A DNA stretch of 64,000 nt from Macrostomum hystrix (lineage: Eukaryota > Animalia > Platyhelminthes), in contig CATNEN010000001.1 of NCBI GenBank assembly GCA_950097015.1, positions 4,898,001 through 4,962,000 on the forward strand. Reading direction: 5' to 3'. Below are positions 12,451-24,454 of this stretch, piece by piece; positions within the stretch are counted from its first letter, which is position 1; each line of letters begins with the position of its first letter. The translations under genes and the position numbers were made by a program. The notes under the pieces are model-generated. The model was not told the DNA's origin. It was given only the letters and a program-made list of their open reading frames with translations, and searched no databases.

Positions 12451-13122
12451 CTTACTAAAGCGTATGAAACAGGAAGTGAAGTTTGTTTTCCAATTTTGTC
12501 TTCAAAATCGTCTGTCTTTTGGCTACGTAGCATTGCAATAGAAACAGACTGACAGAAATAAAGTAAGAAAATGACGGAGGGAAGAAAACATTTGACTTTT
12601 CCATTTAATCAGATCATTTTCATGTGGGTCTCCTAACAAAAGATTTTAGCGCCTAAATATGGTATTAGTACTTGGAAGCATTCGTTCAGCATCTAGTCTT
12701 TATTTGGCATTACCACAGTGACTATATAGTCAGCAGTCAACCATTCGCTATATTCAGGGATGGAGAAATTTCTTTACAAGTAAAACTTTAGAAAGAGGAA
12801 GAAAGGAAAAGAACGTTAAAAGCGACAGCAAAGTAGGGTAATAGTTTTTGTGGGAACAAATTTTCGGAGGTATAAGTCTGATCCCCTCTGTGGCCACCCA
12901 ACCCCGGAGTACAATGATGAGTCATCAGTACCCAGCACTGCAGCCAAAAACTTAGACCAATTGATTTCTTCAGCCTTACATTCCTATTCTAGCCAGTCAC
13001 AAACGACCACAGGCATAGGCTAACATACACACATATATAGGGACAGACCTTTCAGGATCGCATCCCTAACTAAAGCTGTGTTCCTGCTGTCAAACAGTTA
13101 AATTGTTCGTGAAATCAGAATC

Positions 13123-13158
13123 ATGGGATCTGTGCTGTCGCGTTGTCGCAAAGCAGAT

Positions 13159-13190
<32 letters not shown>

Positions 13191-16100
13191 CTCTGGCTCA
13201 GTTAAAAAATCTGAAGTTAAGCCATTGTCTGGCTGCGTTGCCTCTTCTGCCAATGGTCAAGATACCGATACTCATGGTAATTTACTAAGCTGTACAATAT
13301 TTTATGCTAGGTTTCTACTTTTAACAAAAAATAACTATTCAATAAAGTATTAAAAAATGGTGCTGATGTTAGTATTCGCGGTAAAAGACTGTCTATGAGG
13401 TTAGATCTTTGGCCTGGTGTGACAGCATTCTCTAGTCAGCTGTACATTACCGTGCCATTGCTGCAGCTTTGCCACTGGCTGTACACGTGGCGAAACTGGA
13501 CTCGATGTACTTTCTGTTATATAATATATATTTTAACTTCTATTTTAATTAGTTAGTTATTTCGCTTCAAGACCAACCCCTGTTCAAAACGACACCCCAG
13601 CAGTGTCAGTGGTGGACACAGAAACTGCAGTCCTGCCAGCCTACTTAAGGTACAGAGCTGACAGCGCAGCTATCGCAGGTATTTTTTTCAACACGGTTGT
13701 TGTTTATAATCAAGATTAGCATATTGCTGTGTCGTTATAGCCATTGCTGCGATGTTCCAGCTAGAAGCAAACTTTTGTAGACCTCAAAGTCCTTTGGTTT
13801 GCCAAGCGCTTGGTTCGCAAATTAACCAAAATGAATATAAATATGCAAGATAATTGTAATGAACGATATTTTCAATAATAACTACAATGCGGATAATCCT
13901 TTTATCAATTTAAACCTTGAAACCATGTGAGTCTTGCCTGGGACTTGGACAGTGGTTTTTCGCATTTGAACTGATCCTTGCAATCAGAATACATGCATGT
14001 GCTTTTTTAATATTATTTAAAGCAATGAACTTACAAGTCATTGTTTCCAACTTACAGATGCAACCGAAGGAGACAGCACTGATAGCACGGCATTGAAGGC
14101 CGTTCCAAAAATTAGAGCCACTAAATTGACTTGCGGTCAAGAGGACGAGCAAGCAGATCAGAATGGTCTCGACGACCTTGGTGTTGCGCAAGTTGAGCTG
14201 CATATAGTACAGCATAGCGAGGACAGCAATCCGATCGGTAGAGACGATACTGGCCAATTAGCTTTCTCGACACTAATATCCGATGGGCATCGTGAAACAA
14301 CGGAGGATCTGCAAGAGCGAATGGAGGAATACCAAGAGACCACAGAGAAAAATTACAAGTCAACAAAGGAACATCACGAGCGAACGGAGGGGCATCACGA
14401 GACTTCGGAGGAACATGATGAGCCAAAGGAAGAACATCATGAGCCAACGGAGGAACATCATCTTCATGAGCTAACTGAGCCAACGGAGGAACATCATGAG
14501 CCAACGGAGGAACACCATGAGCCAAAGGAAGAACACCATGAGCCAAAGGAAGAACATCATGAGCCAAAGGAAGAACATCATGAGCCAAATGAAGAACATC
14601 ATGAGCCAAATGAAGAACATCATGAGCCAAAGGAAGAACATCATGAGCCAAATGAAGAACATCATGAGCCAAATGAAGAACATCATGAGCCAAAGGAAGA
14701 ACATCATGAGCCAAATGAAGAACATCATGAGCCAAATGAAGAACATCATGAGCCAAATGAAGAACATCATGAGCCAACTGAGCCAACGGACGAACTTCAT
14801 GAGCCAACTGAGCCAACGGACAAACTTCATGAGCCAACTAAGCCAACTGAGGAACATCATGAGCCAAAGGAGGAACATCATGAGCCAACAGAGGAACATT
14901 ATGAGCCAAAGGAGGAACATCATGAGCCAACGGAGGAACATCATGAGCCAACGGTGGAACATCATGAGCCAACAGAGGAACATCATGAGCCAAAGGAGGA
15001 ACATCATGAGCCAACGGAGGAACATCATGAGCCAACAGAGGAACATCATGAGCCAACAGAGGAACATCATGAGCCAAAGGAGGAACATCATGAGCCAACG
15101 GAGGAACATCATGAGCCAACGGAGGAACATCATGAGCCAACGGAGGAACATCATGAGCCAACGGAGGAACATCATGAGCCAACGGAGGAACATCATGAGC
15201 CAACGGAGGAACATCATGAGCCAACAGAGGAACATCATGAGCCAACAGAGGAACATCATGAGCCAAAGGAGGAACATTATGAGCCAACGGAGGAACATCA
15301 TGAGCCAACAGAGGAACATCATGAGTCAACGGTGGAACATCATGAGCCAACGGAGGAACATCATGAGCCAACAGAGGAACATCATGAGTCAACGGTGGAA
15401 CATCATGAGCCAACGGAGGAACATCACGGAACACCAGAGCAGCGTCACGAGCGAAGGGAGCAACATCACGAAACCACGGAAAAAAATCTCGAGACAACGG
15501 AGGAACATCATGAACGAAAGGAGCAACATCGCGAACCAACAGAGCCAACTAAAGAGCATCAAGAACCAGCGTTGGAGCATCACGAACCAACGGATGTACT
15601 CCAGGAATCAACACATGTACAACGTGAACCAAAGGATGTACACGATGAACCAACGGAAGAACGTCACGAGCCTGAGGTGGAGCATCACAAACAAACGGAT
15701 GTACATCCCGAACCAACGGAAGAAAGTGACGAGCCTGAGGTGGAGCATCAGGAACCAACGAATGTACATCCTGAACCAAGGGATGTACATCGTGAACCAA
15801 AGGATGTACACGATGAACCAACGGAAGAACGTCACGAGCCTGAGTTGGAGCATCACGAACAGACGGATGTACATCCCGAACCAACGGAAGAAAGTGACGA
15901 GCCTGAGGTGGAGCATCAGGAACCAACGAATGTACATCCTGAACCAAGGGATGTACATCGTGATCCAAAGGATGTACACGATGAACCAACGGAAGAACGT
16001 CACGAGCCTGAGGTGGAGCATCACGAACAGATGGATGTACATCCCGAACCAACGGAAGAAAGTGACGAGCCTGAGGTGGAGCATCAGGAACCAACGAATG

Positions 16101-16600
16101 TACATCCTGAACCAAGGGATGTACATCGTGAACCAAAGGATGTACACGATGAACCAACGGAAGAACGTCACGAGCCCGAGGTGGAGCATCACGAACGTAC
16201 CCACATTCCAACCGAAGAACAAGGTGAAATATGGGCGATTCACCTGGACTCGACAAAAGAACAACAGGAGAGAACAGGCATTTATCGCGAGCCAAGTGAG
16301 CAACATCATGAAATGACGGCATTACAGCAGGGTACAGAAAGCAATCATCATGAGTCTACTGCGAGGCAAATAATATTAAATCATCACAATGATCAGTCAA
16401 TTAGTCACTGCAAACTAGCATCTAATATGGATCACAGCGATACGGCTGTCAATCAGACTAAAGTTAGCGCAGCATCGGAAGATTTCGAACCTGAAAAACG
16501 CTTCAGCAACTGTTATGAAGAGGAATCGGAACAACTGGTAGGCCGCGTGATGGAAGAGAGCCTTGCAAGCCTGAGCTTGTCTGATCGAGTGCCCGAGTAA
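13123..16600 (+). CDS. Putative N-acylated, His/Glu heptad-repeat disordered protein with C-terminal AKAP-like helix (~940 aa, 3 exons)
   Basis: Exons 13123-13276, 13553-13678 and 14058-16600 join through GT-AG phase-1 introns into one open frame. N-terminus MGSVLSRCRK fits myristoylation (G2, S6) with a nearby Cys and basic residues. EEHHEPT repeats follow. C-terminus EEESEQLVGRVMEESLASLS. Confidence 0.75.
14400..16200 (+). repeat. Coding 21-bp repeat (EEHHEP[T/K/N]) followed by a 168-bp (8-heptad, 56-aa) higher-order repeat x3 plus a partial copy
   Basis: GAGGAACATCATGAGCCAACG units. The higher-order unit starts at 15623, 15791, 15959 and 16127. Confidence 0.93.
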
Positions 16601-18024
16601 CTCTGATATGATAAGCATGCCCGTTAGCACACTTTGTAAAGCCGTTTGATCTCGGATTTGTACTTAACAATTTCTGCTGCGCAAATTTTATTTATCCTAA
16701 GTTTTTACAAACCAATATTTGGTTTATAAAAATGTAACATTTATCTATTCAGTATCTAGCTATTGACATATTGACACACACTTTTAGTACAATTGATTTT
16801 TTAATTCTTTCAGCTTTAAATATATTTAAATGTTAAGCATTGAAATTGTTTTGAAGAATGAAAGCATGTTTACAAATTTTTAAACTCCGTATTTTCTAGC
16901 TTCTGTCAGACTTAAATGTTTGTGCGGTACTTTTAACAAAGTTTCTAACTATTTATTATAATTCATTATAAAGTATTGCATACCATTCAGTTAGCTATTA
17001 AGTCATAAGTCATTAAGTCATTGTTCATGATGCTTGTATATTTATATGAACAGACATGTATTGCATCTAAAAATTGATAATCCGCTTTCCCATATTTCCT
17101 GGATCATATGCATGTGGCTCTAACGGTACCTTCGATCGTTTGTATTTTAAATTCGATCCTACTTAATAAACAGAGAAGTTAAACAAAAATACACACTTAA
17201 ATGTTAAAAGTACTAAAAAAGGGAGCTGTTTAAGACAGAAAATCTGCCAGTTAATAGACATTTGCTACCGTTTATTTATCAAAGAAAATAATATGTATTT
17301 GAGTGCATTATGCGATCAGAGACACAGATAGGCTTACAACATACAAGTTGTAGTTTCAACCAGAAGAAGCTCTTTTACATAGGGGTGCAGAGTCTTAATA
17401 AGATCTATTTATTTGTCAATAAAGCTTTACAGCAAAAGTGATAGCGAGTTAAATTTATTTAAGGATTTCGCTTTGTCTGTAAGAATATAGAAAAAATAAA
17501 GAAAAGAACATTTTATTCAAAGACAAACTATGTGAAAAAAATAGTATTTGTTCTATTCGAACAGAAAATTAACTGTACAGATATAATAAACGATATCTTC
17601 AGAAGACAACAGCCCAAAAAATGTTTTTATGAGTGAAAACGAAGCATATATTATTAAATTTTTTGGCAGTAACACGAAAAAAAGAGCTAAAACGATGCCG
17701 AACACCTGGTTTCTATGAATGAGCACTTCAAATCTTACGCCCATTTTATGTACTTTGGGAATTGCCTAATGTTTTTCGTCAAACACCAGGATTTACCGAA
17801 AGGCAAATATCATTTTTTAAATTAAGGAAAACAAAAAATAACATACCGAAGCAGAGTCAGCTCATTGTTTCTTGTAAAGAAAGTGCAGACAACATAAAAA
17901 GAGACTGTTTAAAAAAACAAAAAATCTTCGTACAAAAATATCGCAGGCAAAAAAAATTGTTTTGCTGTGAGAGAGTTCTTTCACAAAGAGGGGCCACAAA
18001 TCAAGCAGGAAATCAGAAAATTGG

Positions 18025-21000
18025 TCACTTCTTGGACAGATTCTTGCGCGTTTGATAGCCGCGGAAATTCGCCTGGATCTTTGTCGCTGCCTCCTGCTCT
18101 TCCTGGCTTGGCGATTGCGAACCAGCTGGCTGCTGCTGCTGAAATTTTTGTTCCAAAATCTTAGGAATCCCATAAACTGAGGGGGTTATTTGCTATAGCT
18201 GCGATGAAAAAATTCAGGGGATATTATGTTTATAATAATAATAATAATTAGGGCATCGGTCTCACGATTTGAAGATCGGTGGTTCGATTCCCGACTCCAC
18301 TGGAACAATTTCTGTCCTTAAGCAAGACACTTAACTCTGCATTGCTTCAGTTCGCCCATCTGTTAAATGGGTACCAGCATCAGCTGGGATAATTGAAGGT
18401 GGGTGTGGCGTCCCCCAGTCCATGGACTGAACAGCCGTACGCAGCCTTCAGATGCGCCGCGCAATAGCTGCGGCTGTGCTGTCGGCTGCACATCTGACCC
18501 GATTATGGCAAGTTTAATTAATAAAATAACTAAAAAATAATAACTACAGGAGGCTTGCGGGCAGAGGTACATCATTTGGTGACACTAGACCTGCAGCCAT
18601 CGAGGAGGCAATTCAACCTATTTCGCTGACTCCTGAGCACACACGCACACGGGTGTGTACATCTGCCCTGACTCTCATAGTCAGGCAGTGTAAACTTCAC
18701 TGTGCCTTGGAGGTTGGCCCTCAAGGGCGTAAATTGTACGACTGTAGCCCCCAAGCATTTTCTACGCTGCGCCCCAAATGCATGTGGCCTCGCCGCGGAA
18801 TCGAGCTCAGGGACCTAGAGGCGAGAGGCGAACGCGTAAGACCGCTCTACCACTCACCATCAGAGGTTATTACATGTTAGGTAAGTGGATTATTTTCACG
18901 CTGAGGGGATAACAAGAAAATGTATGGATAAAAAATAGGAAGTATAAATTATATTGAGGATATTGAGGGGATGACATAAAAGCGAGTATTTGAACCTACA
19001 ATATGCTACGTACTACTGTACTGAATATGTTTAAGTAGGCTAGTTGGAAAAAGTCAATGATAATGAACTCTCGAACTCACCTGAGCGGCGGCAAACTCCT
19101 CCCTGGTCTTGAAACCTTCGAATGCGGCCTGAATAGTTTCCGCCGCAGTCTGCTCGTCCATCGTCTTGACTTCACCGGCGCCCTGATCGGCCGAGTGGGT
19201 CTCGGCGAACTCCTGCCTGGTGATGAAGCCCTCGAAGGCGGCCTGGATGATCTCGGCTGCCCTGGCCTCCTCCTGCTGAACATGCTGCGGCTTCTGGTTG
19301 AAGAATACGTAGTCGAATAGGCCGGCCATGTCGTAGAACACCTCGCTGTCGTCTCGATCGCCGAGAATCTGAAATTTCAAGGCAGAATTTTGCAGGTCAG
19401 AATTATTTATTTACTCGGAAGCGCTCTGCAGAGAGCATAACAAGCCAGCTGCAGTGCGACTCACAATGCAGAGCTTGCCGGCCAGGTCGAAGTGGCGCAC
19501 AACTGGCAGCGTGTGCTCCTTGAAGTAGGACATCCGCTTGGACACGGCACCCAGGTTGTCGCCGATGCCGCCCTTCTCCCGCCCTCTGGCTAGAAGCCGA
19601 CGGACCATGTAGGCTTCCTCGCAGTCGAGCAGAACTGTCAGGTCCGGCTGGCCGACGGTCTGGTAGAAGTCCTTTAACTGGTTGGCGTTGATCGGGTAGC
19701 CTTCGAGCAGGATGCAGTTGGCACCGCGACCTTTCTCGATCAGCAGCCTTCTGAGCTCGGCGGCGTCAACTTCTTCGTCCAAATCGCCCTGGGTGGCGAT
19801 GTCAACTAGAGCGGACCAGGCGGCATCGGGGCCAGCAGCCAGCGACTTGCTTCTGGCCTCCTCGGACGCATTGATATGTACGAAGCCGGCGTAGCGTTCA
19901 GCAACTCGGCGAAGTTGGCTAGATCGTCCGCTGCCTGGACCGCCCATCACTAGGACAATCGGGCACTGCGGCAGATCCGACGGTCGTTTGACTGGCGCTG
20001 GCAGGTCGCGAAGCTCTTCAATATGTGTCACTCCAGTCGCAGATGCAACCACCTTGGCGTCGGAGTCCTCCATGGCAGCGTTGGCATCTTCGTCATTCGT
20101 CTGGTCCGCTGTTGGCGCCGCTTTGGGTCCGACCGACGTGTCCAGCGGCTCATAGAGGGCGTCCATCGCTCTGGCGGCCTCGGCAAACAGAGCGGCGTCA
20201 TCGAGGTCCTCGTCAACTGGTACAACCACGAGGCGGCGAGATTCGTCATAGAGGCGACAGGCGGGCAGGCCGGCCGTGCGGAAGTGCCCGATTCGTCGGC
20301 CGATGTTGGCCGGTTGGTCTTCAATGGCGCCAAGGCGGTGAAAGCGACGAAGCAGCCTCTCCTGGAGCAGGTCCTCTTCGAAGTCCAGCAGCAGGACGCG
20401 GTCAGGCTGTTTGATCTGCAAAAATGAGGGCAGGTGCGATAACGGTCAGGTATGATCTTATTTGGCGCAGGTGTGATTATTGGCAGAACATACGAGCCTC
20501 AATTACTGACATGGTCAGCAATAGCGTCAGCTTGTTCAATCGAGCGCGGATATCCTTCAACGAAGACGCCACGGCAGCTCCGCCCCGCGACAAGTTCGTT
20601 GACGGCCTCAATCAGAGCTGGCAGCAGCAGCTCTTCAGGCACAGCGTCGCCCCGCTCGAAAGCCGCCGCCGCCACAGCCCAGCGCTGCTTGGAGGCGTCG
20701 CGCGACTCACGAATGCCGCTGCGTACCAGGTCGCCAACGCAGAGGCTAGCGAAGCCGTAGCGCTGGGCCAGGTATCGGCAGATCAGCCGCTTGCCGCTGC
20801 CGGGTCCGCCCATCACCAGCACAAGCGGGCAGGTCAGCGGAGCGCTCAGCTTCGGCAAACTGGATGATGCCGATACCGACGATGCGTCTCGAACTACAGC
20901 CGCAGGAGCGGCGGCGGTTGACTCGGCTTTTGGTGCAGCCGATGCTCCGATCGGTGGCAGAACTGGCTTTTTATCCACTAACTCCGATGCCACAGACGAG

Positions 21001-21284
21001 GCTAATCATGAAAAAATGTTGATTTACCGTCAATTTTAGCCACCTCACAGTTGTTTTGCATCTTGCCCTTGGGTTTGGTCATGGACGTAAATTGCACGAA
21101 TAGCAACCCCAAGTCTTGTCTTCGCGGCTGCGCCCCAAAATAATGTTAACTAAGCCGAAGATTCGAGCTCGGGACCTTGGCGGGCTTGATAATAATAAAA
21201 GCACTTGCAGAACGGCTGCAGGCAATGCTACATTTTCTGGTCACACTAGTCCCGCAGCCAGCGAGGAGAGAATTCTGACTGCTG

Positions 21285-21324
<40 letters not shown>

Positions 21325-21945
21325 CGCACATCCCCAGGTTTGTACATCTGCCGACTTTCTCATCGACAGGCAGTGTACACTCTCACTGCGCCTTGGAGGT
21401 TGGCCCTCAAGGGCGCAATTTGCACGATAAGCCTTTAGGCTATCTACTGCTGCGCCCCAAATAAATGTGAACTCGCTGTGAAATCGAGCTCAAGGACCTT
21501 GACGCGAGAGGCAAACGCGTTAGACCGCCCTGCCGCTCCACCCCTGGGCTGGCTTGTTACTAGTAGAGCAGAAAAGCTAGCACAAAAATACATAGAAGAG
21601 CTCTCACCGTGACTGTCTGATCTCTTGGCCGATCGCGGCGGAGTCACAGGCGGCAGCGGGGTCTTGGTCCGTTTGGCCTCGAGGAACAGGTCCCAGCGCA
21701 CGCCTGACACGCCCTGGACTTTAATCTTGTCCAGACACTGTTGCAGATATGCGATATGGTCCGATGGCCGGTGGTACATAAGGCCAGTCATCAGGCACTA
21801 AAATGATAATTTTGAAGATTAATAAAATAGTTGTTTGTTTGTTTGATTGAATGTTTGTAAATTTCAAACATTTATATATTCAATAGCTCACCTCAAAAAG
21901 CTGCGGTATCTGCTTCTTGGAGATGTACTCCTTTGCGTCAGACAT
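18025..21945 (-). CDS. Adenylate kinase 5-like protein: D/D (Dpy-30/RIIa-type) domain + two degenerate AK domains + three IQ motifs (~695 aa, 6 exons)
   Basis: Exons 21945-21892, 21797-21608, 21001-20511, 20415-19465, 19368-19081 and 18138-18025, all GT-AG and frame-consistent. N-terminus AKEYISKKQIPQLFECLMTGLMYHRPSDHIAYLQQCL resembles the AK5 N-terminus. P-loops GGPGSGK and GGPGSGR; EGYP motifs; IQAAFEGFITR, IQAAFEGFKTR and IQANFRGYQTRK. The last acceptor could alternatively be 18159. Confidence 0.85.
18255..18500 (+). mobile_element. tRNA-derived SINE family A with CORE-like segment
   Basis: Pol III B-box GGTTCGATTCC (18281-18291), then GTCCTTAAGCAAGACACTTAAC. A second copy lies at 12140 and a head fragment near 43475-43530. 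Confidence 0.8.
18535..18856 (-). mobile_element. tRNA-derived SINE family B
   Basis: The reverse complement matches 30013-30395: A-box GGTAGAGCGG, B-box-like GCTCGATTCC and an AT-rich tail. Confidence 0.85.
21045..21545 (-). mobile_element. Two tandem SINE family B copies (full ~21190-21545; partial ~21045-21185) in intron 2 of the AK5-like gene
   Basis: Same head and body as 30013-30395. The internal TG tract is expanded into a (CA)n microsatellite at 21287-21321. Confidence 0.82.
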
Positions 21946-23951
21946 TTTTGGTTTTGATTAAATGCCACCCTTTGCTGAAACAATGCGCATTTTGATTTAG
22001 TTGGGAAATTTGGCTTTTCCATTGGAAGGGCAGAAACGAAAGAAACATTTTTTGCTTAGATTCCTGGTGCTTCATAATTTTCTCAACAGTATATGTTCAT
22101 TGTTTTTCAAAGATGTCATAAAAAAGAAACCAATATATAATATAGTAATATAGTAGGTAAAATAAAACAAAACAAAAAGTTTGAATTCTTATGCAAACCT
22201 TATAGTTGTAATTATTGCAAGTCAATAATTATCTAGCTATATTATTTTTTCATAAATAAGCTAGCAAATGAATCTTAAGGGCCTTTAAAGCTGAGGTATA
22301 CTCTGAGAAATGAAGTTTATTTAAACATAAATTAAAATCCAAATAGAGTGTAAGACATACTACCATGTAAATTAAATTAGGAAGTACAGGGAAACCAATT
22401 AATATAATAATTGGTCAGTAGTTTTAATATGAAAATATGATATTGTTCTGATAGTAGGACCATAGTATTTTTTACTTACCTCAATAAATATGTACAGATT
22501 TCGCAAATAACTATAAAATCTGAAAGTTGTGAAGTTTTAGCTAAAATAATCGATTTTCTCTGATGGAACAGTAACAAAGTGTAAAGTAGCAAGCATTATT
22601 CATGTTTTTGCATTAAACTAGCAATAACTAACTCACAATTAATATATTGCCACACATGTGATGCAATGCCCTAAGGCTTAAGGCTTAAGGAATAAGGAAT
22701 AAGGCTTAGTGCTTAGTCATGGGATAAATCGAAATTGGAATGATAAGACTGATAAGTACAGTTAAAAAAGTTTTTCACTTTTTGCAGCAGTGGATGGTAA
22801 AAAACAATTATACTAAAGGGGAAACGTATGCACTATGTTTAATGCGGTTATTGGTGCTGTTAGGCCAATTGAAATACGATAGTTAGAAAATGTCAACTAT
22901 CAACACTCAACAGTTATTTTGTATTTTTCTTGAATTTTCAGTAACAGAAGGTTTATAAAAATTGTTTTTTTTGCTAAGTCGAAATTTAAGGGAAATTTGG
23001 GTAGAATAACTTCTAGAAATAATATTTATAGCATACAGTTGCTCCCAGAGTACAGGCTTATGTGGCCGCCGTTCTAATCGAACGATCGAATCGAAATGCA
23101 AACATCAAGTCAAAAATTTTGTTTGACAACCTTAGTAACGTAGCTATATTTTTTCGTTAGGTAAAAATAACTAAAATACAGCTTGTAACCTTGATTTCAA
23201 GTAATAATTTAAGTAACTTAAGTAACTTAAATTTTCACGGTTATGTTTTTAACTAAAGCTACACACTATTTGTTAAAACAGTTAAAACGTTAATTTTTAA
23301 ACAACCCCGTTGATTTTGCAGCGTGAGGCGTGACTAACTAAATGTAGTGTGTTACTTGGTTTTAGAGCCAACATAGTACTGTGACACTATCCAAACTAAA
23401 ATTTTGACTGCTTTCTATGCAATAAGTCCGATTCTTTCGATTCTTAAACACTAAAAATATGTAATTTATTTCTTCTCAAGCGAAGAAGGAAAGAGCGGCT
23501 GAACCCATGGCATGCTAACTGGTTGGGACAGCCAGGCTGAATTTTTAGCTCTGCCCTTAAGTGAGTTGATGAAGTTGGCAGATTAAAAACAGTATGCATG
23601 CATAACGAGTTAGTAAACATTGTGTCCCAATCATGTGATTGTTGAATAATTTGTTAGAAACAGTTTGAAATATTTTACTGCAGGATTCTCTGCCACTTGG
23701 ACTCAGCATTGAAACTTTTTGTATTAGATAGAAAGTGAATTTATCTAAAGAACTAGCGGCTAGCTCTACAGGAGTGCAAATAAAAATAATAGAGCATCTA
23801 AATATATATATGAACTTTCTATTTCGAAAAAGTTATTAAAAAATTAATTCGTTTTGTCTGCTTTGGTACTTGGCATTTTGCAAGTGACTTCCAGTGAATT
23901 ACAGTGCATTGTCACCTCTATTGAATTCCACCAACGACTTCAGCAGCCGGG

Positions 23952-24441
23952 TTAAGTCACGACCGGCTTCAGCATGCTCAGTACAACACTGCCATCTTTC
24001 CCGTCGACGTTTCGATTCGTGAATGTAACGCAGCCGCTGCTGTTAATGCAGGCGGAACCGCCGCCACCACCGATGTGTCCGTAGCCAAGACCAGCTCCGC
24101 CTCCGCTGAAGCCGCCTCCAGCGCCAGGTGCCCCGATCCTGCCGAACGCCTGACGGCCTCCGCCTCCGCCCCCACCGAATCCGCCCCCGCCTCCACCGAA
24201 GTCACCACCGCTGCCGCCGTGAAAGGAGTCGGCCAGACTGCCGACTCGTTCTCCGTATACGCTGCGCCTCGGGTTGAGAGCCTTGCCCAGCCAGCGGCTC
24301 CGCAGCCTCCGTGGTTGCTCATAGATGAAGTGTTATTCGGCTCATTGAAGCCCGGCTTACCACTCATGCCGCCGGAACCAGAGAGCTCCGAAATCGAGCC
24401 TGACGAGTCGGCTCCGCTGGTTGAGCCCTGGCCTGGCAAAC
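23952..24441 (-). pseudogene. Orphan last exon of the PAN + glycine-rich-domain family (copy 1), with a 1-nt frameshift
   Basis: Acceptor CCAG|GT at 24441, then GLPGQG...NHGGCGA. A 1-nt deletion relative to paralogs lies near 24295. The shifted frame continues GKALNPRR...GGFGGGGGG...GAPGAGGGFSGGGAGLG...GSVVLSMLKPVVT*. No upstream exons of its own were found. Confidence 0.8.
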
Positions 24442-24454
24442 CTGGCATTTTGCC

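Noticed and set aside
14121-16322. Alternative-frame and antisense ORFs over the heptad repeat (MSQRRNI, WLMMFLR, AHDVPPL)
   Set aside because: They are shadows of the 21-bp repeat. Only the EEHHEPT frame connects to unique sequence and spliced upstream exons.
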